A stretch of 62,541 nt of DNA, counting the filler, from Polymyxa betae A26-41 (Eukaryota; Protista; Endomyxa: Phytomyxea): the NCBI GenBank assembly GCA_003693705.1. It is 5 parts of 5 records of this genome, joined end to end, with 100 filler letters (N's around TTAATTAATTAA, not from the genome) between each part and the next. Parts side by side here need not be neighbours in the genome. Positions count along the whole stretch, not along the records: positions 31,255 to 44,966 come from RBZT01000687.1; positions 45,067 to 48,280 come from RBZT01000725.1; positions 48,381 to 59,145 come from RBZT01000520.1; 2 more parts are not named here. The stretch is one strand, 5' to 3'. How positions within the stretch are numbered: position 1 is the first letter of the stretch; every line of letters starts with the position of its first letter. The notes under the pieces are model-generated. The model saw only the letters and a program-made list of their open reading frames with translations, was not told the DNA's origin and ran no database searches. A program made the position numbers and the translations under genes. Shown one piece after another: positions 39,708-52,148 of this stretch.

Positions 39708-40439
39708 ATCTACCCGATAAAACCAAGACCTCGCTGTATAGCCATGCAGTAACAAATTTTATGGTGATTACCTTCATCATCTGAACTGGATTCAGATGCG
39801 TCAGAAAACCAAGACTTATATGGTTCCTCAGCCTGTCTTCACGGATGCTCGGTTCCAGTATTCGTGGTGAACAGAACATCGTCCAATGCCGGCTGATGAA
39901 TGGACACAGCTTCGTTCTCAGCAAAGTTTCCTGATTCTTGAAACGAGCTGGCAGACAAACAACGGGCGTCTCCAAAGGCTATCCGCAAAGTAAGCTGTCC
40001 TGAACTGAAAAGTGAGATAAAACATACCTTGATCATCATCTCCAATAGTTGAAGGAGATTGACAGCGCCAGATTTCTTCATTGTCACAAATTAATGGGTC
40101 TGCTGCGGCTTCCAAGGAAACAACTAACGAAATCTAAGCATTTGCCTGCAAATGGTTATCAGTCACTGATACCTAATGACTGTCCCGGCCGAGTTAAAGA
40201 AGATTGAGGATCATCCACAACGGAGCGAAGAACAGCTGCCGGTAACGCTTCTGACGTCATTGCGGGATGTAGTTAGATAATATAGAAGACAATTCAGAAT
40301 GTCATAGCAGCTGGCAGATTGGTCTGGACGGCAATCGATAAATTCCTCAGACGAAATGCACGGTACCCGTCCGAAATGATTGTCGAATCGAGTACAAATG
40401 TTGACTCGTGCCTGGGAGGCCTGACGCGACCTGCTTGGC

Positions 40440-41600
40440 AATCCTGATACTTACCGAAAACTTCTTCACAATCTTGTCTCAGCCGTTCGCCGTTCCACGA
40501 AATCCAGAATATTGGGATGGCCGCTCCCAGGGAACAGACTATTCAGATATCTGTTGTAGGTTTCCAGTGCATTATTTGTACGATACGCGATCCCGTGATG
40601 GTTGATTTGGTTGTGGATATTCCATTCATCAGGCGAAGATTTTCTCATCCACGTCGCAAGGAAATACTCGAAGAACGATTCCATTTTAACGACTTCTGCG
40701 TCCTCAGAAAGTCGCAGCTTCTGGCGAAAGTACTCAAAACCAAGTGTACATATTTCTTCATGCGGAATGACCGTTAGAATATCCAGGACGACAGGACTCA
40801 TTAATCGATAGATGATATTCTCAGCAAAGTGCAGCGCCTTAAGGTGCCTGTGATTGGCCTGCTTCCAGTGGAACAGGCAGCCAATGATCAAGGTTTCATT
40901 GCCGAATACTCCTAATATATGATAAGCAGATCATGATGTAGTAAAGCACTCCTAAAGGGATTTTTTCTTCCTTTTAAAGCCTTCATTAGCCCTTTTTCGA
41001 AATCGCAAGTAACTGTAGCGATTCTGATTGAACATCCCATTACAGCGGTGCAGAGGTTCAAAGCGGACTGGTACAGACAAGAAGTTTGGCCAGTCTTCAG
41101 GATATGAAAAACTGGTATCTAGATGTCACTTCCGGCGTCTCTGGTCATTATTACTAGAAGCTGTCTAACCTTATCTGGAACAACTTTAAAGGTCGCATCG
41201 ATGAACAGATGTACTCCCTGATAGCGAAGCAGTGTTTTTCAGACCAGCATGGGACCAGCCCACAAGGCGATGCTGAGCGGTCGGCGTAGATGGGTCGTAC
41301 ATCACTGTGTTGAAACACAGAAATGGACTCATTCCATCTTTAGAAAGAGCGAGATTAGGATTTTCGATATCCTGGAGCCTATCGGCACTTCGGCCACCAT
41401 GGCGCTTGTTTTTAACTCAAGATATGAATTGATTTTTTTCCATCATATAAAGGGGGACTCTGCCATACTTCGAAACAATTGCATTTTTCACCTCAATTCA
41501 GATCGATTCCGCTGACATGGAACGTTGAAAAATAGCCAGATCATCAACATGATCTTACATCTAAACCGAATCTGATCATCAATTGACCCATTCCATAACA
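40440..41600 (-). pseudogene. MULE/Mutator-type transposase remnant
   Basis: LFIDATFKVVP, VTCDFEKGL, GCLFHWKQA, RTNNALETYNR, HPNI. Confidence 0.88.
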
Positions 41601-41725
41601 GTTGACAAACAATCCACCTCTTCGATCACGTCAACGACTTCCAAAGGAGTCAGCCCAATAATTCTGTTCACCCGGAATATGATTGATTATATAAAAATAA
41701 TCACGTAATTCTATACCCCATCTAA

Positions 41726-44103
41726 GAGCCCGTTTCAAGTAGAATTTAAATAAAATCATTAAGACGATCCATCCAATCAGATTGCGCCACGCGCATTTAT
41801 TCCAGATTTTCTAATTACGGAGGTCGGGGACCTTTATAATTCAGCAGCTGCTCAATTTTTTAGCAAATAATGCGCTCACGGAGTTGTCGAGCCGTCTCCT
41901 CTGCTAGCATCCTGGGCCTCGGGATGGCTTTTGCAGCCGCTGGAAATTCAATAGCTGAATCATTGCTTGAGATGGATGGGCGATCGTTTGCTATGCAGAG
42001 TGTGAGACGATTTTTATCCGACAGTCGCAATTAGAAACTGCAGACGCTCACGCGCCATTCAATAATGGTTGGTTTATTGATCAGTTCCGATGTTCAAGGG
42101 CGACATTCGATATTATTTGCGATCTAGTCGAAGAACATTGGTTACATGTCAACGGTCCATAAACCACAACGTTGTTTTCTTCTTTCGGGAACGAGTTGCT
42201 GTCACTCTTTATTACCTGACTCATTCAGGCAATCTTGCGTCGTCTCCTAAAACATTCGGAATGAGCAAGTCTTCAGCAGATCGATTTTTCTGGCAAGTGG
42301 TAGAAGTTATTGGGACTGTGTTGGAACCACTATTTGTCAAGGCTCCTGAAACCGATGCTGAATGGCTTGAAACATGCGAGGGATTCGAAAAGTTTGCGGT
42401 TACCCAAATGGGGATCGTTATTTGAGATTGAACGGTCAGAAGATTTTGAGGGGTGGTACTGTCGCAAATGTTACCCTGCAATCAATGCACAGTTCGTTAT
42501 TGATTATAAAAGTCGTACATGCTCGTATGATTTAAGCCCAGATCTGCCAATGACAAAGCGGTGTTCAATTACTCTCAGTTTGGTAAGAACATTCACAAAA
42601 TTGTGCCGAAAGGAAAGCATGTGATTGCCGACGCTGGGTATACTTTGACTGAGTACGTAATGATTCCATTTCCAATAGCGGAAACAATGCCTGCTGATGA
42701 GCGCTCGTTCAATTATTTACACTCGAGGATTCGGATAGCTGTTGAAAGAGCAATCGGAATGCTGAAAAATCGATTCAGGATTTTGAAGCTTTTATTGAAC
42801 CAAAAACCGAATCGTATCACAGGCACTACTGCGACTTCACAAATGGCAAAAATTGTTCGGGCATGTTTTGTCTTACACAATATATTCCTCAGCCTCGATG
42901 ACAACGTGGCTGCTGAAGTCGAACCTGACTCGAGCGATTCGGAGGATGAGTCTGTGTGGCAGCAAGGGCATGGGCCAATACCGGCCGCGAACAGTCTATA
43001 ATCATTCGAGACAGAATCAAGGATTACCTTTTTCAGATGCGACCATACTCTTAAGCGGTGGTAAGTTTATTTTTGCAGAAATTTTGCCATTGCCTCCAGC
43101 AATAAATTTTATGTTTGCATAAGCTGGGTGTTTGGAGTTTTTTGGAGTTGAAATATCTGCTCTGTCCTTGAATTTCTGGCCTGTAGCAGTTCGTTAGATT
43201 TTTGAATTTGCGCTGCTTGAAACTAAACTTGAACCCGTATCGTGCACAGGTGCAGACATCGCCTCTATCATTTTGTCGTCCAAGCTTTCCAAGCCGTGTT
43301 TGATATCGGTGCCAACCGACGCTACCGCATTCAGGCGATCAGTACCGGCTACCTTTCGTTTTTTGCACAACGGTGCTGAGAACTCTTTTGAAGATGATCC
43401 CTTTACTTGCATTTCGTGGCCAGGCTTCTGACCACGATCACCATCCTTGAGAAGGTTTGCATGTGCTGCGCCCTCTCGAAATGGCTGTTGAGCGGTTCCC
43501 AGTACCGCGTTTTTTTGGGTTCGTTGTTGCCGGTATCTTGTTCAGCCTCTTGGATCCTGCGATATATTGTTTTGAGATTTGCATATTTGTCTTTGATCTG
43601 TTTATCAGAAAAAATCGACTGACATAGGGTATTAACCGACAATGTCACACGAGACCAGCCCGCTTGGACAGCGTTTTTATTACGAGCTTTGGCGAACATG
43701 CGGGCGAACACTGCCTTCTGTTTTAAAAGAATTTCAATCATTTCCGCCGTCCAACTGCCTTCATTTTCTCCATTATTTGGCTGTGAAGGTCTCCCACGAC
43801 GTTTTTTGTTTAGTTTCTTTTGGCGACGCATCAGTAATTACTGGAGGAAAGAGAACCCGAGGAATGGTCTGCAGTCCTGAGTCATCAGCGAGAATATCTG
43901 TAATTTCAGAGTCGTTGAGGTCGTCGCTAGACATTTCGATGGAGATGATATCGACAGCAGGAGCAACCATAAAACCTTGCGGAAATTTTATTAATAATCG
44001 CTGCAATCTGACTGGCCAGAAGCTTTTTATTCAAGTTTGTTTACTTGGGAAAGACTTAGAAATGGTGCAATTAAATGTCACGGATTAAATTCAACTTGGA
44101 ACA
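41726..44103 (+). mobile_element. PIF/Harbinger transposon (HARBI1-like transposase 42000-43030 +, Myb/SANT protein 43190-43831 -)
   Basis: RVAVTLYYL, CRKCYPAINAQ, IADAGY, FNYLHSRIRIAVERAIGMLKNRF, ACFVLHN; partner WTAEMIEILL..W..QIKDKY; imperfect TIRs flanked by TAA. Confidence 0.9.
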
Positions 44104-44672
44104 TAACCAGACGTTCTGATGATTGTTTCGAGCATTTACATGGATTATACATCAAATCAGACTTCTGTGATCCGTGTAGACTATAGAGCCTAAATTGTTG
44201 AGGCATATGTAATAAATATGTCAATTTTGGAATTGTGGCTTTATTGCAAGCTCTTCTTTATCTACTGTAGCCCAATTGAGCTGAGATCCAATGAAGTGAT
44301 GTCGAACAATCCCTAAAGGCTGATGTCGCTGTTCATGAAATAGCTTATAGTTATTGAGATCTTCAAGAGGAATTTGTGAAACAATTCCAGAACTAGAATG
44401 TTTGCTGGCATCACAAAATACGCACTGTATCATGTTCTTATCTGGATATGCCAATTGAACACAATTAGCAATAGCCATTTTCAGTTTATTGAAAGAATGA
44501 GTGTGGATGGAATTTCAGCCAAAACCACAGAGCTTAACACGATTAGCAACAGATTTTGTTCGTTTCTTCCGTGATTACATTGAGGCTTCAAACAAATCAT
44601 GCAATGGAGTTATATTTCCATTATAATTTAGGATCGATCGACTCGTCCATTGAGAAGCCATCAAGATCTTGC

Positions 44673-44966
44673 TGTAGTTCACGAGCAGTGTTGGTATTGC
44701 GTCCAATCCCGAGAGCATAACAGACGTCTATACGCGGGGAGGAGAAAAGGCTCACACGACAGACAATCTCGCTGCCACCGCGAGCCAACACTCGACTAGT
44801 ATCTGTACACCTTCCAGCAGTGTGGCGCCTCCACAACAACCCAAGTCGCTCGAGAACCCCGACGCGCAGAATTACTATACTGTGAAACCAGTGGGTGATG
44901 GCCTACAGCCACGGTGGATGAAAACTCCGCCGCGGAGTTTACCAAGCTATGAGAGCGCCCTAATAG
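44673..44966 (+). mobile_element. LTR-like sequence cut by a gap
   Basis: Starts TG where the RT of element D breaks off; carries the AACTCCG-N3-CGGAGTT palindrome. Confidence 0.5.
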
Positions 44967-45067
44967 NNNNNNNNNNNNNNNNNNNNNNNNNNNNNNNNNN
45001 NNNNNNNNNNTTAATTAATTAANNNNNNNNNNNNNNNNNNNNNNNNNNNNNNNNNNNNNNNNNNNNC

Positions 45068-45900
45068 ATGAGAATCTCATTAATCGGTCAGATTAATCTT
45101 GGATCGGGTCGCGCCGCCTCGTCGTCTGTTGTTCCCGTCTCCTCTGCTGGGCGTCGTCGTCTATGCGACCGATTCTCCCCGCTCACCATGACGATATTGG
45201 AGCCTGAACAAAGGCCCGCAATCAGAGCGGATCGAGGATTTTGAACCTGCTCGAAATTAATCATCGGGATTTTCATTCATGGAAACATGCGACTCCCGAT
45301 TTATTGAAGGACATACAGGACGCAGGAGGATATCCATTCTGGTGCTCCTGCTAATGGAGATGGAGATTTGACGACTTTCCCGAAGTTGTAGATCCCTATT
45401 GTGATCATGATCCTCCATCGACTTTGGGTGACCGCCACTCCGAGATTCAGCCAGAAGACCGACTATCGTAAATCGATGGTTCTTAGAGGCATTGATGGCG
45501 CTTCAGTGAAGGTAAGGTGTGTCATAAGAATCTACTTTTTAGTTGATTGCGATACAGCTGATGATACGATTACATCCTCATTCGCCCTTAATGTTGGCGC
45601 TTTATGTGGTGTGTATGGAGAGGAAGCCGTCAAGCAGTTCGCTTCGTTGTCATCAAATGTGACCTGTTACAAACCGGACGTACCAAAGAAGCGCTTCCTT
45701 AATTTCCGAGCCATCATAGATGCTCTTTTTAAGGAATCGTTCGATGAGAATCTGGATCCACACAATGTTCAGTTGATTGAAGCTGAATCCAGAGACCTGA
45801 CAAGGCCATGCAACATATAACTGATCCTTTTCATGACCCTGGCTTTGATACGGTCAAAATATACATGAACACTCTTTCAAATCCGTTGAAATTTATGTCT
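45068..45900 (+). pseudogene. Decayed paralog of the GTPase at 46252-47433
   Basis: Colinear matches GPQ, D.EP, IHG.M, HRLWV..TP, LRGID, RIYF.VDCD, AL..VYGEE.V.Q; frameshifts, and the P-loop is lost. Confidence 0.8.
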
Positions 45901-46251
45901 ATGCCATCTCAATTATGATTAATGCTGCTGTACCACCAGCTTTGAGCTCTGTCTTTCGGATAGGCTGTAGTACCACTATACTCATATCGTGCAATCGGGT
46001 CTTTGTGGGTAATCAGAGAATTTCTCGACAAGCGTTATGCTACTCGAGATCACTTTCCGCATTGTTTTTTACTAAGATGAGAATCGTGGATCTTTCTATT
46101 GCGTTAAGGTTTAGGGGTTTGAGGTGCAATGCCCAGCCCATTTGTTATAAATCCTAATTCTGATACTGGATGGGACCAAGTGTTTAATGAAAGGCAATCA
46201 AACTGTTGTACTTGAATCTGATATAAAGAGGTGAAGCAGAGATCGTGATTT

Positions 46252-47433
46252 TCATGCAGCCATATCCAGCAAAGTTTTGATGTCTTGGTTGTGTTCTTTG
46301 ATCTTCTCCTCGGCCTTTAGCCGAGATAACATAATGGATCTCAGATCTTGATTATCGCCACTAGAAGCAGCTGACATTCCGACGACTCTAATGGCTGTAG
46401 AAGTCACTGCAGATCTCATCGTTTTGAGGAGATCAACCGCTAGTTTCCCTGCCCGTAAAGAGCTTGTAGCAAGTCCTGACGCCATTCCGAGAATTTCCAT
46501 TGAGATAGAGGCCGCCAACTGTTGCGGGAGCGAGCTTAGCATCGTGTCAATTATTGACGAGTTCTCAGCAATAAACTGACTAAGCTCTTGAATAGACGCC
46601 CTCAACGAATCCAGGGTTTTACTGAAGGACCCTCCATTGAGATGGAATCCGGATCCATTAGCAGCTGCTATCAGATCACTGGTGAGGTGCCGCATCGTTC
46701 GACAGCGATTCCGTTTCTCAGATGATATAAACAGGACACGATTCAAATCGAGATCGGCGTCAAACGCCTTGCGATACAGGTCGCACAGCCTGATTCGGAA
46801 CGCGACGAAATCATCTCGTGTGCGACCTACTTGTAGTAGATCACATTTGCTGATAATGAAGCGGATCTGCCGGACAGTTTCCTCTCCATACACAAACGCC
46901 AGAGCGTGCAAGTTCGCGACAATGCTTTCTGGGATATCAGCAAGTGATTTATCGCAATCAATCATGAAGTAGATTCGCTTGACGGGCACATTGCATTGAA
47001 TGGAGAGTTGGAACGCGCTGTCAATGCCTCTCAATATCAACTCCTTTTCCTCATCAGAGCTTGTCCCAAACCCGGGTGTGTCGATCACCCAGAGACGATG
47101 CCCGTTATCATTCTCGAGTTCTCCATACGCTTTGGATGTTCTAGTAAGGCCTTCACAACCGCTTGCAGGAATACCAGATATCTTTCCACGAGCGACGCCG
47201 TTCAGAGCTTCAATAAGGCGGGATTTACCAGCCCCCATGCCCCCATGGATAATAATACTAAAGCTTCCATGATCTAAAACAGGCTCTAGGTCGGCCATCC
47301 AGTTGAGCTGAGGGCCCTGGTCTTGTAGCAGATCGATGTCATGATGATGAGCTGCGAATGTTGTGCTGCCCGAGGCCAACCCTAAGGAGAGTAAAGCGGC
47401 AAGGAGCAGAATCACGAGACGAGGGCTTCCCAT
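46252..47433 (-). CDS. Signal-peptide P-loop GTPase (AIG1/TRAFAC-like G domain + helical C-terminus)
   Basis: 393-aa single-exon ORF; hydrophobic N-terminus LVILLLAALLSLGLASG; G1 GGMGAGKS, G3 DTPG, G4-like SKCD. Confidence 0.88.
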   Translation of the reverse strand: MGSPRLVILLLAALLSLGLASGSTTFAAHHHDIDLLQDQGPQLNWMADLEPVLDHGSFSIIIHGGMGAGKSRLIEALNGVARGKISGIPASGCEGLTRTSKAYGELENDNGHRLWVIDTPGFGTSSDEEKELILRGIDSAFQLSIQCNVPVKRIYFMIDCDKSLADIPESIVANLHALAFVYGEETVRQIRFIISKCDLLQVGRTRDDFVAFRIRLCDLYRKAFDADLDLNRVLFISSEKRNRCRTMRHLTSDLIAAANGSGFHLNGGSFSKTLDSLRASIQELSQFIAENSSIIDTMLSSLPQQLAASISMEILGMASGLATSSLRAGKLAVDLLKTMRSAVTSTAIRVVGMSAASSGDNQDLRSIMLSRLKAEEKIKEHNQDIKTLLDMAA

Positions 47434-48380
47434 GATCAGAACAATTCAAATAATGACAGATGAGAAGCAGACACTGAAGGGGGTCACGCATCACGGCATG
47501 AAACGAACTGACACGACTTCAAAGACCCTGGTCATAGGTTTCAGTCGTTCGAAGCTATTTATAGAAGAGATGAGTCTGTGTCTATTATGGACCTGGCTCT
47601 ATGATTCTGAGGTGCATTCAGTTCATGACAGATTCAGGAAACTTACTCGAATAGCAATAACCACGATTCTGACAAAGGGTGTTCTGGGTTTGGTATTTAA
47701 GAATGATATACTAATACGAATTCATCAGTTATCAGAGTGATCCATCGATAGCCAGCAGGAGCCGTGATTATATTCGGTCTGGAGCTTCTGTTCAGATTGC
47801 AAGCAGAGCTAGTGAATGATACAGGTAGGCTATAATCAGAGAGCACGAGACCAATTATCTGAAAGTCCTTTTAATGTTTACTGGGACTGAAATCCCCTGC
47901 AAGAAGAGAATCTATGGACAATGCTCATTGCGACGTTTTGCTAATAAGAAAGCTATAAAAAATCCCTAAGCAAATATCAGAATTCGAGCTTTGCACGCGT
48001 TAGGTTGCCATTTGAAATGCAGCATCTTGAAGGTAGATCGATATTTTTGTTTTTTTTGAAGAAAACCGAAGGATTTTGCTGCATGAAAGCAATTAATTTT
48101 GTCAAGGAGGTGGTCGTAAGAGCGTTACTTAAGGGCCAGAAGATCGGCGCTAACAAACTTACAGAATTCGCAGCGGGAGGGAAGAAGAAACCCCCAACGC
48201 TTAATCCCCGCCCCAATTTTTTCCTTTTGAGAAGACAATCCCGTTAGAGCGTTACTGTATAACGCTAAGAAACATCAACGNNNNNNNNNNNNNNNNNNNN
48301 NNNNNNNNNNNNNNNNNNNNNNNNTTAATTAATTAANNNNNNNNNNNNNNNNNNNNNNNNNNNNNNNNNNNNNNNNNNNN

Positions 48381-48780
48381 TTTCTCTCCTGCGCATATGA
48401 TAACGGATGCTATATATAACGAATAATATCGAAAGCTGGGCAACACCCAGTAGGGGAGTATTAGATAAGTTAGGGTACATGGGTTCGAGTCCCTGTAGGA
48501 TTGGGCGGGTGCCTACCTTATCTTGTCGAACCTCTCTTAGGTCCTCCAAATAGGGCCGATCGAGATCTAGAATAATATAAATGGGTGAATTAGTTATCGG
48601 CTCTGAAACTGGTAGTAAGAGTCCCCTGGTTTATATTGAGGCGAAGCCTCAATATCTACCTGCCTTGCGCGAGGGTCACCGCGCCGCCCGTTGACAAAAT
48701 CAACAAACTAGAAAATCCAATCCAATCCAATCCATTTGCGTGCTTGATACCGTCAGAGCTCAGCAAGCCATGTCAGGTAA
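48381..48780. repeat. Probable LTR-like repeat next to a gap
   Basis: Partial similarity to 36111-36619 (tattag..agggtaca.....cagtcc). Confidence 0.35.
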
Positions 48781-49398
48781 CAGTTTTCAGCACACTTCCT
48801 CTTTCGAAAGCTCAGAATTTGGGTGCTTGTGACACAGACTTCGTGCTGAGATTACAGATGCTGATGGCCTTCGCTAATTTGGGCGTAAAATGAACGTTGA
48901 ATGGGTTGTTTCCGCCCTGACAGCGATTGCCGCACGTAAATATGTATGTTTTCACTTCCTGTTTTTGGCGAACAGGTATCAGATGGGTTCCACATATCGT
49001 CCAAACTGCGATATTCTTGGCTGTGTACCGATTCCTCTTTCTCGACATAATAACGTTATGTACCATCAACTCATTTCCCAAAAACGACACAATCTATAAG
49101 AAGCAGCTCAGCGCTCAGATCCAAAAATCTATATGCAATTCTGGGACCTTCAGACATGTTTTCTTTAATCAGGTACTGCAGAAAACCGTTAAATGCAAGA
49201 AACCGGTTGCCAGCTGGCAGGCTTGAGCGTTGAAATGTTGAAATGGAGCTTTTTGCGCAAAATTGGAAGTTCAGAAAACAACTGCGAGATAAAACTGCGT
49301 GATAAACTGCGCGAAGAAAAAATCCCAGAACTTTTTGCGTTCGCGCAGATGTTTGAAGGTCCTTTGTGGGTGCTTGCCTTTCGGTGAGATCATTTCTC

Positions 49399-51685
49399 AT
49401 GACATCACCGGATGATGGTGTAGCCGCCGGGTCGACATTTTCTGATCCCGATGTTCCCCCTGCGAACGCCCAAGTTTTTGAACTCGAAGCCGGCGCCGAA
49501 CTTCGAATCGAGGCTGCTCCAGAGGACGTCGCCTATTTTCGCTTGTCCCATGGCAATGCTGAGCTTTTTGGCACTGAGCTTTCCATAGGTAAATCAATAA
49601 AACATAGGGTCCTTCTGCAATCCGGCTGTTGCATGAACTTTCTCTACAATTACTATTGTTTTTTCAAAGGGATATTGCATGGAGGGCTGAATGATAATCT
49701 ATTTTGCTTTATGAGATTCAACCTGTACTACTTTCAGCCCTATATTTACGATTTTCTTACATAGTTTTTGTTGTCTAATTCTTTATATCAGGCAAGACGC
49801 ATGCGATTGGTAACAATGCCAGCGTTGGCATTTTCACATGGTATGGAGCTCGAGTTCATGTCTGGGGTTCTAGCCAGGTCGTCTACGCAACGATAGAAAC
49901 TCCAATGGCGGAATACATCAATCTTCATGCTCAATTAGAACGAGCTCGCGCTACTGATAAGGTTAATCATATTTATGAAGACAGTTGGTATTACCTGAGC
50001 CTTCAGCACTGCTTTTTCAGCTCTCTTCTTGCTTTTATATCCAGATTTTAACTCGGTTGTTATTTGTGTACATTCTTCCGCTGTTGTCTATACTGATATA
50101 TTGATTTTGCTTAGTCTCCAAGGGTAATGGTTGTCGGCGCCGGTGAATGTGGAAAGTCTACACTTTGCCGAATTCTTCTCTCCTATGCTGTTCGTGCTGG
50201 GCATCAACCAGTTTTTGTCGATCTTGATGTTTCTCATAACGATGTTGCTGTCCCTGGCACAGTTGCTGCTTCATCTATGTAAGATATTCTTTGTTAGCGT
50301 GCTCTCTCTTCTCTATCAAAACGTTTCGTCTGGCACATGTTTTTTCGGTTTGAAATCTTGCTGCTGATGTTTTGCAGTTTTTTGGAGGTTATTTTGCTCC
50401 AGTTTCTCGCAGTTATCTTTTTTTAGCAACGTTGGCGCTTATTTTATTGGCTGTAGATTACATCCCTTCGATGCTGTTCATGGTTTGAAAGCTCGTGTCC
50501 CTATAGTATACTTCTATGGACATTCGAGCCCTGCCGAGAACGTCGACCATTACTCGGAATGCGTTGCCGAATTATGCAATGCTGTCGGACGAAGGCTCGA
50601 TGCGCATGCTGATGAACGTCGTGCTGGTGTTATCATTAATACTTGCGGCTGGGTCGATGGACAAGGATATGAACTGCTTCTTCGTACGATTGCTGACATG
50701 CACGTCACTCATATTGTTGTTCTTGGCCAGGTATCATTTTTGACTTTAATTTCTTTGCAACAGTGTTTGCGTTGACTTCCAATGGCACTAATTCGCGGTT
50801 TCACAGGATCGTCTGCATGCCCAGCTACAGCAAGAATTAAGAAACGTCGTCGTTACGAAGGTGGCAAAATCTGGCGGGGTTGTAAACCGAACTCCATCGA
50901 CAAAGCGGAAGCAATCCCAAGCCAGATTTCGGTATTATTTCTATGGCCCTGGATTAGATCTCTGTCCTCATCTGACAGTGCTCAAATGGCATAATGTTGG
51001 AATTTACCAGGTTTGTACTACTTATACTTTCTTAAACTGTAGTTTACTGTTTGCCACCAATACTGTGTCTTTTTCATGTTGTCTTTGCATTGCACATCTT
51101 AGGATTTTTCCAATAACGTTTCCATTTTCCCAGGTCGGAGGTACAGCTCAAGTTCCATCAACAATGTTGCCAATTGGAGGAGAGAGGCAGCTCGAAACAA
51201 GCAAAGTAGAGCCTGTTACACCTACGAATGATTTCACTGGATCCATCTTGGCTGTATCGCAAGCCACTTGTCCTGAGGTCTGATCAATTTTTTTTGAAGT
51301 ATCTTCCTCTTGCGGCTTATGATTTGCTTATTAGCTTTAAACTGTTTTTTGTTATCCGCTCATTAACCATTCCCTGATAGCAACCTAATTTCTTTCCTCT
51401 TTGGTTTCGAACATTTTCGATTTTTGCAACCTAATTTTATATCTTTTTGGGCGTTTGCATGGTGTTCAATGAAACAATGATCCACTTTCTCTAACGTTTT
51501 CCATTCAGGATCTCTTGAAAGCCTCCGTCGCTGGATTTGTCTATGTTTCTGGCGTCGATACCGCTAAGAAGACGCTTCAAATCTTAAGCCCATGCCCTGG
51601 ACCACTTCCTGCTAATTGCCTTCTTTTTGGCTCATTGAAATGGAGCGAAGGAGCTCTGAACCCTGCTCTTGGGCGTAAACTGTGA
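49399..51685 (+). CDS. CLP1: Polyribonucleotide 5'-hydroxyl kinase / cleavage factor Clp1 (about 7 exons)
   Basis: ELRIE, AELFGTEL, IFTWYG, ETPM..YINLH, PRVMVVGAGECGKSTLCRILLSYAVR, VDLDV, YFYGH, IINTCGW, KSGGVV, YFYG, VAGFVYV, LSPCPGPLP; GT-AG introns. Confidence 0.95.
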
Positions 51686-52148
51686 GAATCTACCAAGCCG
51701 ACAGTAAAACATTGATTACCACGATGTCATCTCTATGCCAGGCTGGTTTCGTGTCCTTTAAGTTGTTTCCCCTGGAATCAGGCATGTAGTACACCATAAA
51801 AGAAGATCCCGATTCTTACTGGGCTCTTTCTTCTTTATTTTTTAGCGAACAGCTTGTATCTCTTCAACTTTTGAATTAAACGATGAGAAAGACCCAATTA
51901 TGCTTCGCTATAATACCTTCTCAATGAGTTCTAAGTCTTTTTGTAAGCACTTGCAACGATTTGGATCATTGAGCTTTGCCATAGCTGAACTGCGCAGCCT
52001 ACCTTGGATCAGTTTGATTGTCGCCGTTCTGTCCCTGGCGTCGATGCTATCGTCACCGGCGGTCAAAGCCATCACCATAGGTTGTCGACGGTCGCACTCA
52101 CGAGATCTTTTTGCTGGGCTTTCAGAAATTCATCCCATTTAGCTACCG

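Larger units (their letters stand above)
31255..44672 (-). mobile_element. Old Gypsy element D (C-like pol) in pieces: 31255-31698, 38380-39397, 44104-44672
   Basis: Integrase tail PNFGIGDY.LVAVPE; PAGNPLDSIFF (compare C: KPDNPLDEIF); RNase H FCDAS..GIVSQIP..RHQPLG. The pieces are colinear on the minus strand. Confidence 0.72.

Noticed and set aside
47440-48280. Short ORFs upstream of the GTPase
   Set aside because: No motifs or coherent exon structure; probably promoter sequence or a transposon end.
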